Origin: Octopus bimaculoides
Lineage: Eukaryota
Assembly: GCF_001194135.2 (NCBI RefSeq)
Contig: NC_068995.1
Span: 51,095,057-51,159,056, forward strand
Length of the DNA: 64,000 nucleotides
Direction: 5' to 3'
This document shows, in pieces, positions 14,175-24,800 of the stretch. A program made the translations under genes and the position numbers. The number at the start of each line of letters is the position of its first letter. Within the stretch, counting starts at the first letter, position 1. The notes under the pieces are model-generated. The model saw only the letters and a list, made by a program, of their open reading frames with translations, did not search any database and was not told the origin of the DNA.

Positions 14175-14286
14175 CTTTATTTGAGCAGCTGCCAAGTTGT
14201 TAAAACATTTAATTTTTTCCCCAGGAATCTGGTTTGATTTCCCCGTTATATCAGAATTATCCTCTTGATCAATAATACTAATGGCC
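14175..14286 (-). CDS. FKBP8: FKBP8 coding exon 6 (TPR1/2): AISIIDQEDNSDITGKSNQIPGEKIKCFNNLAAAQIK
   Basis: aaacag acceptor and AAG|GTAAAT donor; 112 nt, phase 2 to 0; KCFNNLAAAQ.K matches FKBP8 KCLNNLAASQLK. Confidence 0.95.
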
Positions 14287-14385
14287 CTGTTTCAGAGACA
14301 ACAATAATACATGTATAAGAAATATGTTGCTGCTGTAGAGTAGGGAGGTGTGGTGGACACTGAATGAGGAAACATTTGAAGAAGC

Positions 14386-14419
<34 letters not shown>

Positions 14420-15699
14420 TGAGTTAAGTATCATCTGTTGAATATAAAATGTAGCAAAACCCGGAACTGAATCGTTAAATTATGAAGCTTAAGTCACAGC
14501 ATGAAACAACCTTGTTCACATGAAAGGTCGAATTGACCAATCAGCAGCGACAGGTTCTTCTAGATCCTTCTGGAACATCTCGATACAAGGGTTATTGTAT
14601 AAAGGCTTGTTTTTAGCACCATCTTTCGGAGTGCTTAGTAACCTGAAGTCCAGCTCGACACACACTCTTGCCGTTTATAATAGTCATTTTAATGACTTTC
14701 TGTTCAACTTGGCTATATCGATATACTTGACCGATACGAATCTACTGTATATATTTTCTTCAGACTAAACAAACTTCAGTACAAAGTTTTAGTAATCAAC
14801 TATTTATGAACACTACTGAATTATTCCTTCAATTGTGCTCACTTGTGGAACTTTATAATTCACGACTAACCTTAATATTACTTATGTGGTAAAATAAAAG
14901 TTATTATTAAATGCTTGTTTGGTGTTGTTACATCATTCACACACAGCCTTGTGTGCGTAATATCCAAGCAAGAATAACATTAAGAAGTATGAAAGGTAAA
15001 AAGTGACTGCGGTGAGGGACTGGACATTAAAAAACTGATCACCAATTGATGTAGGACCATCATAAGGTCTGGTCCTTATTTCCATGTGGTGGGTTATATA
15101 CCTCAATGACCCTGAGAGCTCTGCCAGGGGAGTACAAGCCCCTTGTAAGGACCTCCCATGCTGGACAGGTCAAAGGATAGATGCTAAACTAATATGGATC
15201 GACACTTCCCAGAAGTAAAAATGGGTTAACACAGGACCAACATCCCTACTAGAAAAAACAGTTACAGAAGCATTGATGACAATTCATCTTTCAGAGAAAC
15301 ATATGACCCCACGAGGGAGTTGGAAGAGGGGCAAAAAAACAAGGAGCCAACTGGAGAGAAGCAGAAAATAGTCCAACATCAAGAACAGTAGAGAAAAGTT
15401 GTTGATGGCTTTTGCTCCATACGGAGAAAATTTGCAGAAGAGAAGAAACTTTCTTCTCTCTGTACATGCCTTAACCCTTCTGATTCCAACCCGCCAGAAA
15501 CCGCCTCTGGCTCTGTAGTACAAATGTCTTGTTTTCATAAGTTTTGAATAAAAATCTTCCACCAAACCTTAGTCGCAACTTATGTTCCTAACACTGGCTT
15601 AATGATAACCAAGTTATTTTACTAAATTCTTTGTTATATTTAAAATTAATTGAAAGAAACACAGAGCATCTCAGCAGGAATATGGTAACAAAAGGATTA

Positions 15700-16110
15700 A
15701 ATGAATATGTACAAAGGCTGAAAAGAAACAAGGTGAACATGCTCTGCAGGATGCGTAATGTAAGTGTGAATGAATAACAGAGCAGGAATGAGCTCCTCTC
15801 TTACACACCACATCTGATTTCTGTGTATAAGAGAAATCAGATGTGGTTTGTGAAAGAGGAGACTGCACTGGTACGGACATGTGATACATATGAAAGAAGA
15901 CGGTTGTGAAGAGAAATGCCAAGGGATCCGAGTGGAAGAAACTCGTAGAAGAGAAAGGCCAAAGAAGGTAGAGGCAGAAATAGTGAAAGCTGATCCCTGG
16001 ATGACAGATCTCACAAAACAGATGACAAATAACCTAAAACAAATGGCAAAAAACTGTGCTGGAGTAGATCCATCCAACCTATGTAAGCATGGAAAAATGG
16101 ATGTGGTGAA
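15700..16110 (+). mobile_element. RTE-type LINE 3' end remnant
   Basis: KRRLHWYGHVIHMKEDGCEEKCQGIRVEETRRRERPKK, followed by a SINE-like aacctatgtaagcatggaaaaatggatgt tail. Confidence 0.75.
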
Positions 16111-16329
16111 GAAATGTTGGCAACCGGCAGAATCATTAGAGCTCAAGTCAAGAGGTTCAGTGGTATTTTTTCCAACTCTTTGTCATTCAAATTCTGCAGA
16201 GGTCAACTTTGCTTTACATTTTTCCAGGGTTGCTTCCTCCCCTCAAAATTGCTGGCCTTGTACCAAAATTAGAAAGAACTACTACTACTACTATTACTAT
16301 TGAAAAAGAAAAGAAACAAGTATACTTAC

Positions 16330-16404
16330 TTTATATAAGAGTTGATAGCGCCGTGAAAATCATTTCGAGCGAATAAATAATTTCCTCGTTCTTTTTTGAC
16401 AGAT
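16330..16404 (-). CDS. FKBP8: FKBP8 coding exon 5 (TPR1): SVKKERGNYLFARNDFHGAINSYI
   Basis: ttatag acceptor and AA|GTAAGT donor; 75 nt, phase 2 to 2; KERGN..F TPR motif. Confidence 0.93.
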
Positions 16405-16786
16405 CTATAAAATGAAAAAGATGAAAATTAAAAAAAGGAAGAATAAAAACAATAAAAAAAAACTATATAAATAATGTAGGAATGACACAGTATAAACAGA
16501 CACCACCTTTTTTCAAAGGCAGACACACTCACACATTCACACACAATGGGCTTCAACACAATACTCTTGTGAGTATTCATGCTGTCCAAGGATGCAAAGA
16601 GACCTCAGTTTCCTGGGAACCAGTACGACCAAGAATCATCTCAGTAATTTTCTAAACAGGCAACAAGGAAAAGAACTGGAAACTGTCAGCAAGATTGCAT
16701 GGGACAGGAGAACTTGGGAGGGCCATATTTTGATGTAGGGGGTAGCTGAAAAACTAAGAATCAAATGGCACCAGTGCCATACTCAC

Positions 16787-16897
16787 GCATGGAGAAGCCT
16801 TTCATCTAGTGGTATGAAACTGTAATTTGGTCCTGGTTCTTTGTCGAGTAGTTCCAGGGTGTAAACAATGGCTGTATTACTTGGTACATCAGGAAAT
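16787..16897 (-). CDS. FKBP8: FKBP8 coding exon 4: FPDVPSNTAIVYTLELLDKEPGPNYSFIPLDERLLH
   Basis: ttttag acceptor and GC|GTGAGT donor; 111 nt, phase 2 to 2; end of the FKBP domain (P.VP.N..IVY.LELL). Confidence 0.93.
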
Positions 16898-16987
16898 CTA
16901 AAATATATCACAAAAGACAGTTGGTAATACAAATCGGAAAATACACAACAAAAAAATGAATCCTCAGTTCCTCCATCATTTACATAC

Positions 16988-17027
<40 letters not shown>

Positions 17028-17967
17028 CTATTGTAGACTACTGTGTAGATAGAGTAAAGATGATATAGTAACTATACCAATGGATCAAGTATTGGACTAT
17101 CAGATAACAGCTTTGTGAATTCAAGTCTATAGAAAGTAATTTGTTGTGTTACTAAGACAGTACATTAAACACGCTGTACCTTATCTTATCACAGCTGTTC
17201 AGACTAAGAACCTGATATTACTTAAGATAAACCAACATTCAATTCAAGGCAAATGGGATTTATTTCTCATTCAATTAACATACTGCCTCTTATGACTCCT
17301 TGAAGATCTGGGAGACATTTATTTCTTGGATTACAAAGTAACCGTTTCCTTAATTTAGTCTTAACAAACTCCCTTTAGATTAATAGTTTCTACCATTTAA
17401 TATAATTCTCAGCATACTTCTTCTTTGAAAGATGTACCAAACCACAGTACTTCTTTTAATGTCTTTCATCAATGTTATAAATCAAACCATATATTTATCA
17501 TCAACCACTCCTCAACTCTTGTTCTTCATTATATTTTCCCCTTCAAATATTTCCCATCTCCAACCATCCCTCACTCTCCCCATATACTCCTGCAAACCCT
17601 ACTTACCTTAACTTCTTCTTGTTCTGCCCCCACTCACCTCTAGTGACCATCTTGTACCTTCAGGGTCTACCAATGCTTCATCACTATTTTAACTCTCTTT
17701 CCAGCCCCACCCCCAGTTACTCCCACTCACTCTTCTATAATATGAGTTACAATATGGTTCCTCAACAGCAAGAAACCTATTCTGTTGTGCTATTTTTAAG
17801 ACAATACAATGAGGTCTGAAGGAGATTTGGAAGCTATCTCAAGCATAAATTTCAGATCAGAGGTCTAGAACTGAAATTACTCAGCCCTAGTTATGGTGGT
17901 TAAAGTGCCACACTGCTGAATCGATGAGTTACAAAATAATACCTCAACCAATTTATGTTAAACTTAC

Positions 17968-18055
17968 CTGCCTTGGCTTCCATAAGCATATTTAGCATCA
18001 CATTTTAATTCAGCAACTTCATTTAATTCCATCAAGGCAACAGCAATATCCCAAC
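17968..18055 (-). CDS. FKBP8: FKBP8 coding exon 3: (G)WDIAVALMELNEVAELKCDAKYAYGSQG(R)
   Basis: ttttag acceptor and AG|GTAAGT donor; 88 nt, phase 1 to 2; FKBP motif GWD...M...E.A......YAYG. Confidence 0.95.
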
Positions 18056-18154
18056 CTAAAATACAGCGTTTAAACAACAGAAATTTTAAAAAAGAAAAAA
18101 AAAACAAACATTATTTATAATTGACGGATATTTGTCTTCATCTTGTTTGTTGTT

Positions 18155-18200
18155 AACACAACGTTTCGGCTGATATACCCTCCAGCCTTCATCAGGTATC
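18155..18200 (-). ncRNA. Minimal type I hammerhead ribozyme motif (sense to the FKBP8 pre-mRNA)
   Basis: Minus strand reads GATAC-CTGATGA-A-GGCTG-GAGGGTATAT-CAGCC-GAAA-CGTT-GTGTT; core intact, stem I with one U-G wobble. Confidence 0.72.
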
Positions 18201-18413
18201 TTGGGGAAATTTCGAACCTGGTTTCTCATTCCTAAGGTATTTTTCGATGTTATTATTATTCAGGTCACTCGGAATTTTGGGGTTAAGAGTGCAGGCTACT
18301 AAGCCTAAGATTCCAAGTTCGATTCCAGGCAGTGACCTGAATAATAATAATAATAACAATAACAACACCGAAAAATACCTTAGGAATGAGAACCCGGGTT
18401 TAAAATTTCCACA

Positions 18414-18460
18414 AGACACCTGATGAAGGCTGGAGGGTATATCAGCCGAAACGTTGTGTT
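18414..18460 (+). ncRNA. Minimal type I hammerhead ribozyme motif
   Basis: Stem I ACAC (18416-19) pairs with GTGT (18456-59); core CTGATGA (18420-26) plus an extra A; stem II GGCTG/CAGCC with loop GAGGGTATAT; GAAA (18448-51); palindromic ACGT in place of stem III; GUU cleavage triplet (18453-55). Confidence 0.75.
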
Positions 18461-18993
18461 AACAACAAACAAGATGAGGACAAATATCCGTCAATTGTAA
18501 ATAATGTAAATAATGCAAACATTTCTTGAATCAAATAACATCAGAAGTGAAGCATTTTTTCCATTCTATGGCAAGCAATACATAAATACATATTCATTAT
18601 ACATCCATACACACATATATATACATATCACCTGGCACAAAGCCACTTCCTGTGGTTTCACTCCTTCTCCCAGCTGAAAGGTCTTTGTCTCACAAGTTAC
18701 TTGGTGACCCTGCTGGAATTGGGGGCCCATGTAAAAAAGCACCAGTGCTGGTGCCACATAAAAAGCACCCAGTACATGCTATAAAGTGGTTAGCGTTAGG
18801 AAGGGCATCCAGCTGTAGAAGCCATACCAAAGCAAACAACTGGAGCCTGGTGCAGCCCTACAGCTTGCTGGATCCTGTCAAACCATCCAACCCATGGTAG
18901 CAGGAAAACAGATGTTAAATGATGATGATGATGATGACAATGATTTGTAATTTATATTTATGAAAATAAAATTGAGAAAAGAATCCAAATTAC

Positions 18994-19141
18994 CTGAGAT
19001 CACATCACCGTCACCTAATATAAATGAAATACTTTCATTTTTGTCAATTACTGTTCCATCAGGTAGCAAACCTTCTGTTTTTAAAGTAACCTTTTGACCC
19101 TGTAAAGGTCGGGTTAATACTCCGTCTCCTTTTTTAACAAT
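18994..19141 (-). CDS. FKBP8: FKBP8 coding exon 2 (FKBP domain): IVKKGDGVLTRPLQGQKVTLKTEGLLPDGTVIDKNESISFILGDGDVIS
   Basis: tttag acceptor and G|GTAATT donor; 148 nt, phase 0 to 1; FKBP-type motif FxLGDGDVI. Confidence 0.93.
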
Positions 19142-19687
19142 CTAAATTAAAGGAAAAATATTTTTAAAATTAAAAAAAAGAACACTTTTTAAAAAACAAA
19201 TGCAATAAAAAGAAACATTTATCTTTCATGTATCATAAATTTACAAGCAAAATGATTTTTTTTTTTCTGGTTGGGTGCTCAAAAAATGTTTTGTTTAGTT
19301 CCAGGTCAACCCTGACAGGAGGGATCTATAATCAAAAAGCATGTTCCAGCCATGACCATTCTGTCTTTTACAAACATAAAGAGAAAAAAACATGGCATAA
19401 AATGTACCCAATCCATCTCTTACTTGCTTCAATCAGTAGACAGCGGCCATGCTGGGGCACTGCCATGAAGAATTTTTAGATGGATGCATTGACCCTAGTA
19501 CCTATTTTTTCAAGCCTGGTACTTATTCTATCAGTCTTTTTTTTTTTGACCTGTGCTACAGTCTTTACTTAATAGCTTTTAAGCAAAAGTTACAGAACAA
19601 AAGCAGGAACTAAGCCAGTTTTAATGTTTGTGCTTTATGTGTTGTTTTGTTTTTTCTTTGTAAAGGTGGGCGGCTTAGTGCTCAAGG

Positions 19688-19978
19688 CAGGGCTGGCCAA
19701 CCTGAGACCTGCAGACTTTGATCTTGCGGCTTGCTTGATACTTCCTTGGAATGGGTTCATTTAAACAAACATTTCAAAAATTTTATATCGTAATGAAAAG
19801 TAGAAAAGAAAGATACCACTGTTTTCGCAACGATAATATTTCATGTTGAATCAACGATCATTCGTTCATTATTGTAATAATAGCATGGGAATTAGTGCAT
19901 AAAGTATACAAGCAGCCCTCAAAAAACTTTCTGTGATTAAAGTGGCCTGCAATGTAACTTGAGTTGGCCAGGCCCCTG
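19688..19978. mobile_element. hAT-type MITE
   Basis: Terminal inverted repeats CAGGGCTGGCCAAC ... GTTGGCCAGGCCCCTG; degenerate 8-bp flanks gctcaagg / ggttaggg. Confidence 0.55.
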
Positions 19979-21058
19979 GGTTAGGGTATTCAGCACATGA
20001 TCCTCAGGTCATGAACTCAATTCCTGGGAGTGCTTTATGCCCTTAAGCAAGTCACTTTATTTCATGTTGCTCCAGTCCACTCAACTGGCAAAAATCAGTT
20101 GTACCAGTAATTCAAAGAGCCAACCTTATCACAATCTGTGTCACATCGAATCTCCCTGAGAACAATGTTAAGAGTACTCTTAACGCGTATCTGTGGAGTG
20201 TTCAGCCACTTACACATTAATTTCATGAGCAGACTGTTTCATAGATCAGATCAACTGGAACACTCGTCATTGTACATGACAGAGTGCCAGTTTTTTCATG
20301 TGTTTTAAAATTTGCAATGACATGTTGGTTTCTTAAAAAATATAAATAACCATGGCTGTATTTAGAGGACTGCATAATACAAGAGGATAAACTATATTAA
20401 TGCTAACTGCATTGTATTCAAGATCACATGGTACTCGAGTAAATTTTGTATGTAACATGTCTGAATGGCATATCTGTTTATAACTAGAGCAGAAAATGTA
20501 AAATGCAAAGAAACCAATGTAATGATGACAAAATTAGTTATCAAGCAGGCTAAATTTCATAACACACCCATGTATTCTGATTATTTAAAAGTACTGTTGC
20601 ACTTGAGTTCGCTCTTCAAAACTGTAGGTCACAGAAAATAAGTACCAGGCAAGTTCTGAGGTCGATATAATTAACTACGCCCTTCCCTTGAGCCCCTGTT
20701 ATAAGTAAATCTTTAATTGCACAAACTGAATATTTATCCTTAACTAAGATGGAAATATATAAATATATAGGCAAAGGTTCCAGGTTCAATCTCACTGCAC
20801 GGCATCTTAGGCAAGTATCTACTACAACAGCCCCGGGCCAACCAATGCCTTCTGGGTGGATCTGGTAGATGGAAACTGAAAGAAGCCTGTTATATATATA
20901 TATATATATATACACACACATCATTATCACCATCATCATAATTCTACGTCTGTAATTTCATTTTTAACTTGACCTTGCATTAAAATATAAAAAAAAGGCA
21001 TCATAAAAAGATAACAAACAATGAATGGACTCAGAGTTCCAAGTAAACAATTCCTTAC

Positions 21059-21844
21059 CGATTTCGTAAGCAATCCATTGCCTAAAATATCCATTGGCTC
21101 ATTTGAAACATTTTCTTCAGCAGTCTCTGAAATATCTTTTTTATCAGCTTTCGAATCATTAATATTTCCACCCACAACTTGTGTAAGCGGATCAATATTT
21201 TCACTTTTGTTCAAAATTTCGTCCTCATTTAGGGACAGTCTATCTTTAGCAGTTTCATCTGAAAGCCCTTTTGCTTGTGAAACATTTATTTCACCTTGAT
21301 CAGATGTAGCTTCCTGTAAGCACTTTTCAGCTTGATCAAATGTAACTTCTTGTGAGCACTTTTCAGCTTGATCAGATGTAGCAGTTTGCAAAGATTTTGC
21401 TTCCCTTTCAATGTCCTTACTCTGCAGTTGTTCTCTTACTTCTAATTCTGCTTCTGGTTTGTTTAATGTCAGTACTGGTTGCTCAGTCTTTGCATCTTCA
21501 CTAGCTAATTTAAGAGAATTCTGTACACTGTCTGGAGCTCTGATTAACATTTCCGAAGGTTCCAGTACAGCTGTAAGTTCTTGTGCACCATTACCCATTA
21601 CTATAGTAGCATTACTAGTATAATTTAAGTGAGCACTACTAGCTTCTGCTTGAAATCCTCCTGAATCATTAGATTTGTCAGAAGTGTCTCCATTCCAAAT
21701 GTCTTTGTTTAATGATAAATGTTTTTCCTTCTTATCTATTTGGAAACCACTGTTCTCATGTTCATTTACATTTGCTTGCTCCAGACTGTTACTGGCACTG
21801 TTTGGCACATGAGCTTCAGGAACTTCAGTGGGTGTTGAGGGCAT
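21059..21844 (-). CDS. FKBP8: FKBP8/FKBP38 coding exon 1: long acidic, low-complexity N-terminus ending ...EPMDILGNGLLTKS (262 aa)
   Basis: Acceptor ctttag (plus 21851-21856) lies 6 nt before the ATG at 21844. Open frame to donor TCG|GTAAGG (GT at 21058-21057), phase 0. The end motif DILGNGLLTK matches the start of the FKBP8 FKBP domain. The true start codon could lie upstream. Confidence 0.85.
21290..21385 (-). repeat. In-frame 36-nt (12-aa) tandem repeat inside FKBP8 exon 1
   Basis: ATSDQAEKCSQE / VTFDQAEKCLQE / ATSDQGE; DNA unit cttgatca(g/a)atgta(g/a)cttc(c/t)tgt(a/g)agcacttttcag. Confidence 0.85.
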
Positions 21845-24800
21845 GATGAACTAAAGAATATTCTAGAAAACATAAGAACAGTACAAATATCAGAAATATG
21901 CCAAAATGTATACAGAATATTAAATAACAACAAGAAGTCAGTTAATATGAAACCACCTGAGATTTACTTGTACTAAAATGAATTTAAACAAGCAGCACTC
22001 ATACAAATTTCATAGTATTTTGAAAATGATACGATTATTGGTGTTTTATAGAAAACTATGAAATACAGAATTTCTTTTGAACTTCTATTTTTCGGAAGCA
22101 TTTAAATTTCAAGTGGTGTTAAATCTACAAAGTTAGGACTCAAACTGCAGTCTAAGGAAAAAATGTCTTTGAAAACTGTATTCTTTGTTAAACACTTATC
22201 ACTTTTTCTATCTTGAGAATTATCATTTTTATCTTTACATCAAGAAGTGAATGAGCTCTAGAAACAGCGACATACAACTGTCCTTAAGTTTTTTTTTTTC
22301 CTCTAAAATAATAGTGTGTAATATGAAGGTGATTTGGTCACTATTTCTAGCAGGGCAAGCAACCACACAGAGACTCCATGGATTAGTTCAAGTTGCAAGA
22401 GTGCACCTTCATTTTTCCTGTGTGACTGTTCCTTACTCAAATACAAAACCAGAGATCCTCATAAGTGAAAATGAGAAATTGAGATATTTGCAGTTTTCCT
22501 GAAGTATTAGAGAAATAACAAAGTTTCTTGACCTACCAGAAATATCAAACAAATTCCCTACAAACCAGACTCTTGATGATTTAAAAACAGACACTTCTGA
22601 TAATATAGTCAAGAATAGTGAATAGTCATAACTGAAATCTCTTTCAGAATATTTCTGCTCAATTTGGACCAGCCTCCAGATAAACAACAACAACAACATT
22701 TTACTTTTATTTATAACCTTCCACTGTCATCAGAAACATCTTTCTTGTTGCATGGGTGATAGGTTTCTAAAATTGACTTTTTCTTCTGTTTCATTCGGAA
22801 TGGTTCATCTATTAATCTTATCTTTTCTGCCAGTGTTAATTCTTTCTTTCTTTCTTTATTTTTGTTGTCATCTTTGTCACAATATTCATTTTTCGCCAGG
22901 CACACTAAATTCTGAATCTTTAGGTAGTCTTTTGAACAACTAGAAAAAGCAGACAAATCTACCTCAAATGACACTCAACAATTTAAAGAAAGGGTCCATT
23001 TGATACAATATGCCTGAAAAAGTGCCAAGATTTTCATATCTAGAAAACCTTTGTTCTGAAGAGAAGACCTGGAAGGAAGTACAAGGGGATTAAAACTCTC
23101 AGACTTAAAAAAAAAAATACTGGTTCAAGATAGAAACTTTTTTCTTTTTAATGGCTTTGACAGAAGTTAGTCCTTTTCAGGGGTCAGTGATTAGTAGAAG
23201 AAACTTATATACAGACAGTATGCTTGTAACAGGGTGGAATCTGCTAACAGCCCCAAGGACCAGGTGTTGGTCTTAAACGAGGTGAAGGATTAAGTGTACA
23301 ATACAAGAACAGGAATTCTCCCTCTGCAGGACTTCCATTCAGTTTCCATTGACTAAATTTCACTAACAATGCTTTGCTTGACCACGGGGCCATGGTAGAC
23401 GACATTTGCACAAAATGCAGTGCAGTGAAATTGAACCCAAAACTACGTAGTTGCAAAGCAAACATCTTAACTACACAGCTATACTTGTACCTATTAATTA
23501 GGTCACCTAAATAACAAGACTTATCTTGAAGTAAGAAACCAAAAAAAAAAAAATAATAAAAAAGTCATGTGGATAATATACTAGCGTTTAGTAATATGGC
23601 TGATATAGTCTAGTAACTAGACTATCAGCTTATGATGTTTGTTTTCTTGTTCATTTATGTTTTTTTTTATTCTCAGAACAAGAAATATAATATAACTATA
23701 TGAATCAGTTTTATTTAGCTCTAAATAATAGTTATTGAATCTTTTTTGAAAATGCTACCATCAATAATAGACTGGTTTTCTATTCACGGGTGAAGTCATT
23801 TCTCAACAAACATATTAACACAATTAAATCTCAACAAGCCAATCAGGGTGCCTCCATGTGACTACTCGACCCACTAGAGATAGCAGCTAAATGTTCTTCT
23901 TATCACACCCTATTCATTATCATCAACATTTAACATTTGCTTTCCATGCTGGCAAGGGTTGGACAGTTTGACAAGCTCCAGTCCGCTTTGGTATAGGGGC
24001 TACAGCTGGATGCCCTTCCTAACACCAATCCCTTTACAGTGTGTGCTTGGTGTCTTTTTTATATGGCACCAACAGCAGTGAAGTGACCAAATAATTTACA
24101 AGACAAGACCCCTCAATGTCAATAAAAACGAATGTACACATTGAATACTGTTTGCAGACAATCTTCACATTGAACCAAGGAAGCTATGCTTACATGGTTT
24201 CCATTTGCTGGTATTATCCGTCAGTCACAACTCCTAAAAGTATCACATTTTATTTTATAACCCCATCTGGTAACAGCTTGCAAGATTTGATCTTATAATG
24301 TACAGCATTGGAACAGAGTCCATGAGGCATCCTGTTCAACATTCTATCAATCCCGCCAATCAACCACCATGGACTGGATATTTACTTTATGACCCCCAAA
24401 AGATTGAAAAGGCAAAAGGTGGACTCAGATTGCACAGAGTTGGAACAAATATATGAAACATTGTTATCTAATGCCCTAACAACTCTGTCAATATGCCACC
24501 ATATGCTGGGTGCAGTGCTTCAGGACACAGAAAGCCAAATAAAATCCCTTGAGTATATGATGAGGCCCTCTTGTTCTCAAAAATGAAAATAACTTCCTCA
24601 TAAACCCACTTAAATTTTGGGCAGAAAAATACCAACAAACTCTTCAAAATCTGTCTTGAAGACATTAAGTTACCTATGTTTCATGCAGAGAGCATCAAAA
24701 TGCTAACTGGAATAAATTATACAGCAAAGAAAAACAATATTAGTCATTGCTTATTATTACTGTACGCGTTCAGCAAGTATGGGGAGATAATTTTAGACAT

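Larger units (their letters stand above)
18108..18515. mobile_element. Fold-back Penelope-like non-autonomous element with partial tRNA-like centre and a hammerhead motif in each arm (copy 1)
   Basis: Arms ~18108-18276 and ~18321-18507 are near-perfect reverse complements. The spacer ggttaagagtgcaggctactaagcctaagattccaagttcgattcc is tRNA-like. Each arm contains CTGATGAAGGCTG...CAGCCGAAACGTT. Confidence 0.8.

Noticed and set aside
14520-14770. Protein-like minus-strand frames in an FKBP8 intron
   Set aside because: Not needed for the FKBP8 frame, interrupted by stops, and unassignable without a search.
20936-21058. C-terminal part of the 302-aa ORF (VRNCLLGTLSPFIVCYLFMMPFF...) as a transmembrane segment
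   Set aside because: Read-through past the TCG|GTAAGG donor at 21058; the spliced frame continues into the FKBP domain exon at 19141.
22711-22974. 87-aa ORF as an upstream coding exon of FKBP8
   Set aside because: Its only plausible donor (22717-22716) leaves phase 2, whereas the next exon needs phase 0; no FKBP8 similarity.
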